A DNA stretch of 64,000 nucleotides, taken from Pelomyxa schiedti. Its lineage: Eukaryota; Protista; Evosea. Position numbers and translations under genes: made by a program. Under the pieces are notes generated by a model. The model made no database searches and was not told the origin of the DNA. It saw only the letters and a program-made list of their open reading frames with translations. Positions 46,216-58,252 of this stretch are shown here, piece after piece. The stretch is from positions 15,265 to 79,264 of the forward strand of contig JAHLWZ010000582.1 of the NCBI GenBank assembly GCA_020536535.1, in the 5' to 3' direction. The number at the start of each line of letters is the position of its first letter. The stretch's first letter is position 1.

Positions 46216-47751
46216 TTACTGTGACAACACCTGATGTAAGTAGGTCCCTAGTGTACAAATTTGCGTATGACGGTACGAGGTTTGCCAGGTATAAGGAGAA
46301 CAGTGTAAAGCACTGCTCTACACTGTTCTGTACCGTGAGGGGTGTTTCGAGTGGTTGTTGCGTTGCTATAGTAATTACAGCTACACCAGGACTTTCTGTT
46401 TTGTTTTGGGCTATTATTAGTTTAGTTTAGACTTACTGGAGTGAAAAATAACCTGGGGAGGCGAATCGTGGAACGAAAGCTGTTCCTAAGTCAGCAATTC
46501 CACAAATTTGTCGTGCCAGTATTACAAAGTGAGAAAAAAGTCTCCTCCAGTCCGCTTCGTTCAGGTGAACTCTTAGGGCCCGAGTTACATAAGACCCAAT
46601 CGGAGGGGGGGAGGCGATAGGAGGTGGGGGTGGTACTCGTTCCTTTTTTTGTTTGCGCTTAATTAGATTTGGAGCTGTTAAAAGTAGGCTTTACCATTGG
46701 TTTCTCAGTGACACCCATATCAGAGTCTGTAAGCTGCTGACGCGGTGAAAGGTGTGGTGCTTGTTGTATTTGTTGCTGAAGTGCTTGTAGTTGTTGGTGA
46801 AGTGGTTGAACAGATTGCAGTGTTGGAAGTGCTGGGGAAAATGTAGGAAGCGGTTGTAGTAGGGAAAAACCTTCGATGATTGGGAAAGAATCTATGGGAT
46901 CTGACTGTGTAGATTCCATGTCAGTGGGAGGTGTATTCCGTTTTATTATTGGTCGGCTCGCTATGTATGTAGCTGGGATTAGAAGTCAATACTCACAGGT
47001 GGAATGATACGTTTTTTTCTTGCACGTAAAACAAAAGTTGGTGAAAGTAGTGAATGTGGGCCAAGCTTGACCTCCATTAGGAGAAGTGCTTTAAGATGAT
47101 CCCTGACTCGAGTCAATACAACAAAACAGAACCGTGTAGTTAAAAAGTACTACCTGGAGGATGTGCAATTACTCCGAAGAGTGAATTGATATTGTTCCAT
47201 TCCTTCAGGAGAGGTTTTTGCACAGGTTTCACCATACGGCTCAGTGACAGTAATCACTGATGTAGAAGGATTGCATGTCGGGCAGACAACAACTTCTAAT
47301 GAGTGGGTTAGACAAATAAAGAAAAGTACAGGGAAACAAGGATACCTTGTAGCTTCCCGACCTTCCTACATTGGCCAGCCAAACCCGCCGCTACTATATC
47401 TCGTTCATCCATTCCCAGTTGCTCTCGGTAATGAGTTGCAATACTCAATCTCATCTAAGGCAACCTTAGGGGGAAAGACAAAAAAGAAAGAAAAAGGAGG
47501 TACCCAGTATGAGCCATATTTATATATTTTGACGGAAGAAAGCGTGAGTTTAGCATTTGACGAGGAAATATGACCCTCATAAGGGGGAAGTTTCCTTGAG
47601 GTCACCTACATCAAGAACAAAAAATGAGAAATGAGAGGGGAGGAAAAAAAAAAAAAAAAATTAAAAAAAACAAGCAAAACGAAACACGTACCGAAGATTT
47701 TCTTGCGCTTGCAGCATCCACCAAAACCCCAAGTTCTTCGACTGCCGCCAT
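46216..47751 (-). CDS. Putative Zn-binding DNA-binding protein (KYG..., CxxC...CTSSRDH...S-x2-F-x-L-x-ARKK) with a Q/P-rich region; paralogue of 10216-12322
   Basis: Spliced: MAAVEEL..VKIYKYGSYW|MRLSI..KLQ|EVVVCPTC..YQFTLRSNCTSSR|DHLKALLLMEVKLG..LSPTFVLRARKK, then the Q-rich ORF 46659-46919. The 3' end is approximate. Confidence 0.6.
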
Positions 47752-48206
47752 CGGACACCCAACAAAAGCGAACGGCTTCAAACAGATATATATGATAAAA
47801 CACCCAGGCCGTGGTCTAACGTCTCACTCGTGCTAAACAAAAAGGCTCGACGCCAGTCTGGCCGGAGACGGGACGACACCGTAATGCCTTTTGATGTTAT
47901 GTTCGTTTGTTTCAAGAACCTACCTTCAACGGCACCAGTTCACTTCTGAAAAACAGCATTCTCTGGGGTACATTCCGGGAACCCTCCGATGGAGGGATTG
48001 AGAATTCTGGATGTGGCAGGGCGGAAAGTTACACCGTGCAAAAAAGCCTCAGATTCAGATCGTCAGTGCACATATGTGAACGATCGGTGCTCACTCCCTT
48101 TCAAAGAATGACAGACCGGCTTCTTTGGGATCTCGACCCCTTTTGTTCTGACACAAATTTGCTTCCTGTCCTTCGGGTTGATCCCCGCCGACAAGTCGCC
48201 GCGGAG

Positions 48207-49582
48207 ATGTGCGATGGGGGTAGAAATGTGCGGTTTCTCAGCAAGGAAGATCAACTAAGAACAGGCCTCACTCCCAAGGATGTAATCGCAGCCGTAGAGC
48301 ACGGTTTTCGCCTCAAATCCGTAGGAAAGGTGCGTCATACCTTCCTTTCCTTTTCAAAAACGTCGTTTTTTTGTCTTTTTTTTTTTTCCCCCTATTTCAC
48401 GCTTCGCCCACTTTTCGTTCTTTTTGGTTTTGGAAATGGCGCCCTTGGTGACATTCGACCGCAGGTGGAAATGCCACCCAAACTAGGTCTGCACCCAAGG
48501 CCAGAGTGCTTCTCACATGCCATGCCGTGCTACGTAGGTGGCGAGATTGACGTTTCTTGCACAAAGTGGATCAGTGTGTACAGTGGGGGGCCGTCCAGTG
48601 TTATTTCTGGTAGTCACTCGACAGATTCATCTTCTTCTTCCTCCTCCTCTTCATCTTCTCGTGAGTCTAGCCAGCCCGCACAACCTGCGTCGTTGTCTCC
48701 ACCTACGTGCTGTAGAACCAGTGGTGTAATTATCTTGAACGATGCTGCTACTGGAATCCCGGTGTCAATCATGGATTGTGGCCACATCACTACATTGAGA
48801 ACAGGGGCCGCCGCGGCGGTGGCTGCGAAATATCTTGCTAGTGAGTATGTCCCGAGTTTGTAATTTTTCCCGTGTTTCATCCTATTTTGACAACACCGAA
48901 CACAGATCCTCCTCTACTATTGCAGTCCTGGGGTGTGGGAAAATAGCTCTTAGCTCTGTTGCATCCCTTGTTGAAACCTTTCCACATTTTGACTATCTGA
49001 GGTTCACTGAACTTCCAATGCATACTGTATTTTATTAACCCATCAAGGTGTTATGACACCAATCCTGAGGCACTCTGCAGCTTCACCGCCCAAATAAACA
49101 AGCAATTCCCACACGTCACAGTTCAGAACTGCACCAATGCCACGGAGCTACTCTCACCACAAACAACCACACCTTTGACCAGACCAACTGACATACTCAT
49201 CACCGCTACTCCGATGACACAGAATCCTGCACCTACCTTTACAAACGTCCACTCACAGCCCGGCCTCACTGCCATTGCGCTCGACTATGACGCTTCATTT
49301 GACGAGAGCTACACTGTGAATTGTGACACTGTGGTCACCGACGACTTCACACAATTCCAAAGTGCCAGAGGGAAGGGGCCTTACTTTTCAGCATTCAAAG
49401 CTAATGCACTGTGTGACAGGGCAGTGGACTTGGCACACATTGTTTCAGGAGGCCACTGTTCTTCCGGAAACAAGTGCCATCTGGCTTTCTTGTTGGGGAT
49501 TGCCATGGAAGATGCAGTAACAGCAAAGCTCGTGTATGACCGAGCCTGTTCAATGAACATTGGAACACAACTGCATTTGTAG
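48207..49582 (+). CDS. Ornithine cyclodeaminase / mu-crystallin family NAD(P)-dependent enzyme
   Basis: VEMPPKLGLHP..FSHAMP, TKWISVY, GVIILNDAATGIPVSIMD..ITTLRTGA, IAVLGCGKIA, DILITAT, GIAMEDAVTAKLVY. Confidence 0.92.
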
Positions 49583-49616
49583 TGGATAAAGAAGGGTTCA
49601 TTCCCAAAATTTTTTT

Positions 49617-52600
49617 TTAAGTTGTGGATTTGAATATCTTGAGGGTACGGAGAACGGGCTGGCGACATACGGGGCACAATTTGCCTACTAGTGACTTGGC
49701 ACATGGTTCACAAAAACTAAGGTGCCCACATTCTTGGTGTTACGTTAGAAATGGATAGCAAGGTCGATTGACTGCTTTACCTAGAAGTGCTGTGTCCGCA
49801 GCTCTTTCCATGCAGACAACACACCCGCCTTCCTGCTCAGGGGGAACTGGGGGTGATTTCGCTGTTGGTGTGGCCGGAATAGAGGGTAGGGGTGTGGGTG
49901 CTATGGGAGTAGGAGTGGGTGTTGGGGGTGTGGGGTTAGGGATGACCAGCGGTAGTGGTTCGCGCTTTGGAGTCAAAAATTGAAGTGCTGCCTATTTTTA
50001 GGGGTGAGATATGGCCGCCAACACAATAATATAAATGAAAAACCTTCAGACCGTCAGACGTGATAATGTCACAAAGTTGAGAAAGGAGAACGAAGAAGTG
50101 GCTAGATTCGCATGCTAGAGACCCAAGAATACCATCAAGTTTTGTCAGATCAGGTCGGTTTCCATCAAGACGGAACTGCAATGGGGCAAGTCCTGTTTAA
50201 ACAAATTTGTAGTTAAACGTCATTACAGAAAGGCCAAAATAGAAAATTTACCCATGTTTTCCAGGGCCGTTATCATCCTTCCCTAACCAGTGTTGGAAAA
50301 GAGAGAAAGAGAGAGAGGAAGCACCTTTTTCATGGGGTCTTCAAGGAAACTGACAAAAACGGGAGTGCACTCTGGGCACACTTCCCTTTGATATTTGAGG
50401 AACAAATTTGGAAAGTAGGTATTCTACAGGTTGAGGTTTTAAATAGTAGGGAATGAAGATAGGAATGTGCACCTGGAATTTCACATTTTCGATTTCATCA
50501 GTCACCATGATAAAGAATTTAACAGGGGTTCTACCAGAGTAATATGGCCAAATTACACAAGCTGGGGCAGTAAGTCCATCTGCACGCACGGCATTCGTAA
50601 CATCTAGCACCTCCGCTATAGTGCGAGGAATAACTTGATAGAAAACAATGAGAAAAATCTTTGGCTTAGTTGGAAATCACTCACTTGGGGGGTCAACAAC
50701 TTTGTCATTGAAAAATTTTAGTTGGGCATTTGTGAGGCATGACAGTACACTTCCAATAATTGTTGAGCAACGAATAGCAACATCCATTGAGTAGGAAGCA
50801 TCTCCAGCACTGAAGGATATTACTGAACTTGAGGAAAACATATCTCAGAGTACCAAACTACTGGAGGTTCCAGAACTAGCCTAATTTCTTTTAATCTACG
50901 CTCAGCAATTGGCAGTAAGTAATCCGTAAAAGGAGCGTTCACTGTTCGGAAATAGAGAAGTCTTTCCATTAACTTTCCATAGCCAAGGTCTGGGATTTCA
51001 CCTTTTTGCTCAGGTTATATTTAACAAAGAGGGAAACGAAAAATTCGGTGAACCTGCTTGAAGGCGTTCAAGGAGTATTCTATTAACTTCTGGAGTTGCA
51101 AGCTCTTCATGGTACCATATCAATTGATCTAATTGCATATATCTGTTTAAGAATTAGTTTTGTTTTTCTGAAGCGGTCTTGCCTTGCAATGAATGCCTTG
51201 GCTTCATCAGGAATAGGCTTAACTTGCAGTCGGAGGTAGGAGTATGGTACAGGAAAGCGAGAACACACATCAGTCACTGTATGAATACTTAGATTTTGAC
51301 AAACACCAAAGAGTGACCCCTATGAAGATCGTAACTATCGAATCATAAAAAGAAGTGTGAGAACCTCTGCAGGAAGTTCTCCATGCGCCAAATTTAGGAA
51401 CGCCCCCCTTCCTGATGGGTGTCGCAAGATTTTGTTTGGCTTTCTGGACGGTTTGACTGTTTTCACCTTGGGGGTGGGCTTTTTGGCCACTGGTTTTGGT
51501 GTTGCCTTGGCAGCTGAGGCTGTTTTCACTGAGCTAACTGATTTTGTTGTAGACTTGGATGTGGTTTTCTTATCATCTGACTTCGCTGCAGATTTGGGTG
51601 TAGATGTGGATTTAGTGGGTGTTGAGACAGATTTGGGTGTGGGTGTGGATGCAGATTTTGAAGTTGTGGAGCTTGATGTTGACGTAGATTTAGATGTGGT
51701 CGATGTGGAAGTTGGCACGGATGTGGAAGTGGAAGAGGATGTAGATGTGGAAGTCGACGTGGACGTGCTGGAACTTGTGGTAGATGAAGGTTCTAGTGTT
51801 GGTGATACTTCCACATTTCCTTTATTCTTCGGGACTTTTCGTTTTCTCCTATCTGTTTGGGGTTTTTCTCCATCTGGTGTCTAGAAAGTTGTAAGGAAAG
51901 AGGGTTGCACATAGTTGTTCCCACCATTGGCTGGAAGTCATAAACTGGGTGCAGATGAATCATGTCAGAAAGCTCTCGCCAAGGTTCTCTGAATGGCGTT
52001 TTCTACTTACTAAATTAGAGACTAGTACATACCTGGGCATAACCAGTGCGTAAAATGCAATGCGGTCTGAAGGAATGGATGCAACCCACTTCCTCACTTT
52101 TTCTGCAAGACTGCCTGACACACTTCCTATGTGAATTTCGCGGTCCAATTCAGTGATGCGAGCACGAATCTGAGATATCCTTAATGCTTTTGTTGCACTC
52201 TTTCTCATTTGCAGATCAGCCAACTTGTTTCGAAGTTGCTTAACTTTCCGACCAGCATCAAGCAGATTTAATGCCCCCAAAACCTGGCAGTGATTAGGGA
52301 TGAAGAAGTGAGGGTTGTCAGAAACTTGAGGAAGTTGGAAGATTTCTTCCTTGGAAAGCAAATAATCAGCAAGCGTGTAATCTTTCCGTGCCCATGCAGA
52401 GGCAAGAATACGAGGTCTGCAGGCCCTTGCTATTTCAACGTTCTAACTAGGGTGAGAATTAACTTTTAAAAGTACAACATCGAACTTGCTCCAGGAGCAA
52501 CAGAAGAGTGCCAATATAAATGGGAGTATGAAGTCTTTGTGCGTCATAGTGCTCCTAAGCCCCATGAACATTGGTTTCCAGGGAGAGAAGATAAGAAAAA

Positions 52601-52809
52601 TAACCTGCAAGCTGCTTTCTTTTAAGAAAAGTGCGCGCATGTCATTCTTGTGGGTTTTTGCAACAGGAGCCACATAGCCAGCACTTTTCTATATAATGTG
52701 TGTTGCATTGTTAAGGAACCCACAATTACAAAAAAACGAGAGAATGAAGACCGTTTGTGCAGGATAGTCAGAAGGTAATCCTGTCTCTTGTGTTGGGTTG
52801 TACGTCCAT
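49617..52809 (-). CDS. Helical (TROVE/Ro-like?) + vWA domain protein with an S/T-rich insertion and a C-terminal C3HC4 RING
   Basis: PWRELSDMIHLHP; VVLGDASYSM (MIDAS-like); FIMVTDEIEN; CVVCMERAADTALLECGHLSFCEPC..CPVCR. Confidence 0.75.
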
Positions 52810-53256
52810 GCAGTTTTCCCGGACGCCGTTAGAAAAGATGTCGCTCTCGCCACGTCATTATCATTCACTTGTATGAACGGCCCACATTAGAAACCGTTGG
52901 GAGGGGAAAAAAGGGGCCCAAGTGGCCAACAGCGATCGGATCTCAACAAAAAACGCCACAAACCCGCAAGCACAGCCTCAAGCGCTTCCCTATCCAACGA
53001 AGATCCGAATGTTCTTCGTAACTGCTGTATTGCAGCCTCCAGCGAACTCATGGCACCTCAGCGCAACCCGTTTGTTCACAAATTTGTTTTTTCAATCTCG
53101 GATCATAATAATCTCTTTTTGGGAATCTGCCTGGAGCCAATTATTTTTTCTGCCCAGTTCTATCCTTTGTTTCAACCGCCAACAGATAAAAGCTCGAACA
53201 GTTATCTCTAATCTGTTATCAAAATAAAAGAACAAAAAAAAACCAACAACAACGGA

Positions 53257-54782
53257 ATGGAGAGCTTCCTTAAATCCACCGAGGGGAGCGCCGACTATGC
53301 CGAAAATCTGCGTCAGTTTGGTCGCACACTTGCAAACGACAACCGTATCTCATCTGACGAGCTCACAACTTTTTTGTATTCTCTCGATTCCTGGCTTCGT
53401 GCCAATCCGTCGTTGGCGGGTCTGCTTTTCCTCTTGTTTTCTACTTTTTTTTTGTTTTTTTTGTCTTAACAAGCAGTATTCCGTGTGACTCACATATTAT
53501 CGAAAAGAGGCAAAATGGAAGGCCATTCACTGCCATACGACGGGACTTATTAATTCTTTGTGTGCACTAACTGGGCAACCTGCATCCCTAACTTCTTACT
53601 CGCAACCCTTTACTGCATCATCATGCCCACAATCATCAACATCATTTTCATTCAATTCGTGGCCGTCTGCAAACCAGTCATCATCTTTTTCCTCGCCAGC
53701 AACGACACCAGCACCTTCGTTTTCGTTTGGTTTTGCGCCGTCAATAGGCACACCCAATGTCGCCCAGTTTGGTTCTGGTTCTAGTTCTCCCACTATGCCT
53801 AGTGCCACATCCTCTTTTAGTGGTATCAGGATCGTTACTTTTCATTTCATGCATTGATACATACACAGAGAGCCAGTTCCAAGCCAACCGATCAAAAAGA
53901 GATTTCAAGATACTTGTGGTAGGAGAAAGTGGAGTTGGTAAGTGATTCCTTACTGTGTGACTTCCCATACCATTTCTTCAGGCAAGACAGCGTTTCTTTC
54001 ACGCCATGCTGGTGTGTTGTGCTCAACCCCTACCAAATTGTAACCACAAAAGGTGGGAACTTTATTGAAGATCACACTGCAACTACAACTCCAAATGTTG
54101 TCACAGTTACCTTTCCCTCAACCCACGGGCTTATCACCTTGAGATGCTGGGTAGATTTTTAGTTGTACAAATTTGTTTTAACAATTAACATAGGATATTC
54201 CAGGCACCATAAAAAATCCCGACGAGAGCCTGAAGGGTTCTCCTGTATCTGCAAATACTTTCCACTCTCAGCCCAAATAGGAGCTGATGCATTCTTGCTT
54301 TTTTTTGATGTCGCCTCAAGAATGAGTTACCAAGCAGTGCCCAGATACCACAACTCCATCCAACAAGTTGCACCCACCCCCGTGGGTTGTGTAAGTCTAC
54401 CATTTGTTGTAGTGGTCTTTAATTTCTGTTAGCTTGTTGGGAACAAGGTTGATCTCAAAGACAGAAAAATAAAGCCCAAGATGATTACCTTCCATCGAAA
54501 GGTTTCTTCTTTTTTTTTTTGGCCAAAAATAAATACACACTAGAAAAACTTGAATTACTATGATGTGTCCGCCAAGTCTCTGTACAACATGGAGAAGCCG
54601 TTTCTTTACATATGCCGAAAACTTTTGGGGCATGTGCCTTTAGTTAAAAGCAATACCTGACACCACTTAGGGATCCCAACCTCACTTTTAGTGATCCCAC
54701 AGTATCAACACGCCTTCCCTGTGTAGATGACAATGAGGATGAGGACGAGGAGGAGGACGATGATGAAGACGAATACGACTAA
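53257..54782 (+). CDS. Divergent Ran-like GTPase with an N-terminal helical domain and an S/F-rich (FG-like) linker
   Basis: [80 protein letters not shown] and an acidic tail are Ran hallmarks. G3 reads WDIPGT. Confidence 0.88.
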
Positions 54783-54837
54783 GTTTAAACTAATTTATTT
54801 CTTTCCCAACCCTTGCTTTTATTTCCGGTTACATGGA

Positions 54838-56851
54838 CTAAACAACAGGGTAACACAGAACATTGGTCTCCATAAATCCCACGACTCTTGCTGTGAGGTT
54901 CACACAAATTCCATAATATGACTGCTGTGGTGGCTCTATACAGAAGTGAATGAATAAAAAAACAAGGAGAGAAAAAAAACTTACCAAATGTTATTGTTGC
55001 GTCACTTAGCTTCCCCCCAATTAATCCATCCACAAAGCTGGAGGTTGTTGGGTTAAAATTTGGGTTGTTGAATCCTAGAGGCAAAAAAAAACATACATTC
55101 CATCAGTTGGTGAATAAGCCATCTGAGGTCCACCAATCCAGGGTCTGTAATCGTGGCAGGGGTGACTGTAGTTACTCCATCTGGCTATGGTGATGGACAC
55201 TGATTCAAAGGAGACTCTGGAAACTGGTGTGGGGTTACCAGCCACAAGGGGGCTGTTCTCACTCCTGGATGTGATGTTTACAAATTTGATTTGGCTCACC
55301 TGGGTGGTAGGTTGGTTATATTCTTTGATTGATTTCTGGGGGATCCTTACCACTCCTGTGTAAGGATTTTCATCAGACATGGCAGTAACATACATGGGTT
55401 CCCCAGATCCCCACCACTTCGTGCTAAAGTAGTGTGTTTCCGCATCAATGTCTTGCAACATCGATAAGAAGGTTCCAGGAAAGGGAAGAAGAAGGCTTAC
55501 TGGAAAAAGTTACATTTCTAATGCTGCCAGGACCCTCCCTAGGCATAAAGCACATCCCACGATTGGTCTCGCGAATTGTGATGTTATCAAAAATGGCATT
55601 GTACATGTCAGCATATGACACATGTCCAAACTTAAGTGCTGGGGTCATTTGAGCTGAAAGAAAGCTGGAAAGCCGGAATACCTGAAGAAGTAGACTCCAT
55701 GTACGAGTTTCTCACAACAATGTCATGAGAAGGAACAGATGTGTGTGTAGAAACACAGATGGAGTCATCTCCAGTTGTAATATTACAGTGGTTTATTTCG
55801 ACATTCGCGGAGTCGACAACGTCAATTCCATCATTATTTGGCCATCTCCTATCACCTGAGGGTTCTTGATCAGTATTGCTGACAGAGATATGAACTAACC
55901 TCTAATAGTTACGCCTGAAATTTGAACATTGTCACATTGTGCGATAGTAAAAGTCCAAAGAGGACTATTGAGAATGTAGACGCCTTCCACCACAACCTAA
56001 TAGGTACATTGGGGCTCTATCAATGAGATGAACTGAATACATTATTGCAGTCGCGGAACACTACGTTTTTAATCCTGCATAATCCTAAAACGTGGTGGAA
56101 TTATGGAGAGTGACAGCAGAGTCTTATTTAGTATTACCTGGAGGACAATCATAAAGAGGAATATCCTTTGGATAGAGGAAGTTATAATTAGGGTCGTAGC
56201 TACTGACAAGATGCCCAGGAGGGTCATTTGCCCCTCCATTAAGTGTTCCACTGCCAATAATTCCTGCCAGATATTTTAAGAAAAAGAGACATGCATTGGA
56301 AAGTAGAAACCTGTGCTTGTAGAATTCACAGCATAAACAAGAGGGTAGTCGTAAGGACCACAATCTTCAGTATAAGCAGGAACAGAATCAAAGTCCTTTT
56401 AATCCACACATCAGCAATCCTTGAACAAACAGAAAATTCTGTCTCCCTCCCGATCCAAACTCCATAGCTAACAAAAGCATACAGTTGCATTGTCAGAAGC
56501 ATAAATGACGGCACCGTCAAGCAACTGCAAAAAAACGCAGTCTCGCAATTGAATGCTCCCGCTCCTAAAAGTACCCCCGCCAGGCACAACAACGCACCCG
56601 CCCCCAGCGTCACTCACAGCACTGACGGCTTCGCGGAACGCGCCGGTGTTGATGGTGACTCCGTCAGGAACCCCGCCGTAGTCGACGACGTTGACCAGCA
56701 CCCCAGTCTCGCCACACTGGCTCTGCGCCAATTGTGGGAACTGGAACTTGTTGTTTGTTGTGACAGTTGGGCGTCGTGCCAATCGACCATCAGCTAGGGC
56801 AAAAACAGACACAAGAGCAACAACAACAAGGCACATCGTCGGGCAAGCCAT
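54838..56851 (-). CDS. Glycoside hydrolase family 28 (polygalacturonase-like), secreted
   Basis: Signal peptide, VNVVDYGGVPDG..NTGAFREA..GGGCVVVPGG, NSPLWT, WPNNDGIDV, ITTGDDSIC, ALKFG. Confidence 0.9.
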
Positions 56852-56942
56852 CCCAGATTGATTTGGTGCCGTTTGGGTTGGTTTTTTTCGTATGTTCAAC
56901 AAAGTAGAAAAAAAAAACAGTTCCATGCACCTTGAGCATTCC

Positions 56943-58157
56943 CTAACTCAGACCGTGGGAATCGTCCTCAGTGCAGTACTTCGCCACCACTGCACAGTGG
57001 TCAGATGGGTAGACTGGGCCACTCCCGCACGAATTGGTCGAATTGGTGGTGGTCAGGGACGGGAGTGACGCAGTACCAAGCGTGAACACGTGGTCGCAGC
57101 GGCTCACTGGGCCTGTGGTTGGGAACGTGAATCCGAGGTCACTTTCTTCCTCTGTCGTTGCATTGTATGGTGATGTTGTGTTTGGTTGGTCTTGTGACTG
57201 GTGGCTGGCCTTCCAACTGTCCTGGAATGTGCCGCCGAGTATGGCGTGTGATTCGAAAAGCTCCACTGCTGGGCTTGAAGACCCTTTGTTGTTGAAGTCG
57301 CCAGCAACAACGTGGCCCAGGCACCTGCTGCAGCGCCGATGGCATGATTCAGCATTGTCAGTGGCCCATTGTTGCTCTAGATATGACAGAGTATCTTCGG
57401 CGTTGCGCATTTGTTGGTCCTTGTCATAGCTCCAGTGAGTGTTTGCCACTGCGACGCAAACATCACTGTCATTCGCATTGTAACTGTAGTTGAAGCAGCT
57501 TCCAGGCCTCAGTACCACAGTCAGTGACATGCAAATCCTAGTGTTAAGGTCGCCTCCACCTCCCCATGTCAGCTGAGTGTGATTCACGCCAAAAATCGGC
57601 CACATGCTGATCACAGCCAATCCCTCCTCCAGTCCATTAGAGTGCTTCATTGCAGTTATGTATGTAGAGAAGCAGTATTGAGGGAGAAGCTCCATGAGGT
57701 CTGACAACATGTTTTCGGAATAGACATCACTGCCACTGTTGTTTCCATGCTGCTTTGTGGTGCGGATTTCCTGAAGGGCAACAACATCGGCAGAGGACGA
57801 GGATATTATCTGGGCAATGAGGTGTTTTCTGAGTGACCAATTGGGACCGTCGTTGTAATTCTGCACGTTGTAGGTGACCACAGTGAAATTGATGGGCACT
57901 ACGATGCCGTAGGAGGAGAATGAAAAAGAAGATGAAGAAGAAGCTGAAGAAGAAGAATACGAAGAAACTGAGGAAGTGGGCATTGACGTAGATGATGACC
58001 GCGCTCGATTATGGGCAGACGCGGTGCTGAGCACAAAGAGAGCCCAAGAGTAGAGCGCCAGCGTAAGGACTGCAAGCAAAGATGCACACAGAACGAAAAA
58101 AACCCCAAACCAGAATGATCTACGGCAGCATAATTGTGGGAGCGCGGCCGCTGGCAT
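56943..58157 (-). CDS. Endonuclease/exonuclease/phosphatase (EEP) family protein with an N-terminal TM anchor, intronless
   Basis: VVTYNV, DVVALQE, GLAVIS, VANTHW, VVAGDFN, RCDHVF, PSDHCAV. Confidence 0.9.
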   Translation of the reverse strand: MPAAALPQLCCRRSFWFGVFFVLCASLLAVLTLALYSWALFVLSTASAHNRARSSSTSMPTSSVSSYSSSSASSSSSFSFSSYGIVVPINFTVVTYNVQNYNDGPNWSLRKHLIAQIISSSSADVVALQEIRTTKQHGNNSGSDVYSENMLSDLMELLPQYCFSTYITAMKHSNGLEEGLAVISMWPIFGVNHTQLTWGGGGDLNTRICMSLTVVLRPGSCFNYSYNANDSDVCVAVANTHWSYDKDQQMRNAEDTLSYLEQQWATDNAESCHRRCSRCLGHVVAGDFNNKGSSSPAVELFESHAILGGTFQDSWKASHQSQDQPNTTSPYNATTEEESDLGFTFPTTGPVSRCDHVFTLGTASLPSLTTTNSTNSCGSGPVYPSDHCAVVAKYCTEDDSHGLS

Positions 58158-58252
58158 TACAATGCGCCAAAACGCGCCAGAACACGATGGCAAAGGAGAA
58201 GGATAGGGTTTACTGGAAAATGATCACCCGAAAATGCAGAGTTGCCTCATAA

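Noticed and set aside
45960-47600. ORF-poor region as a decayed retroelement
   Set aside because: It splices into a coherent gene paralogous to 10216-12322; no RT, integrase, LTR or TIR was seen.
43382-49582. YrhK-like, PreA-like and OCD genes as a transferred bacterial operon or contamination
   Set aside because: PreA-like and OCD carry spliceosomal introns, lie on opposite strands and are separated by a lineage-specific gene.
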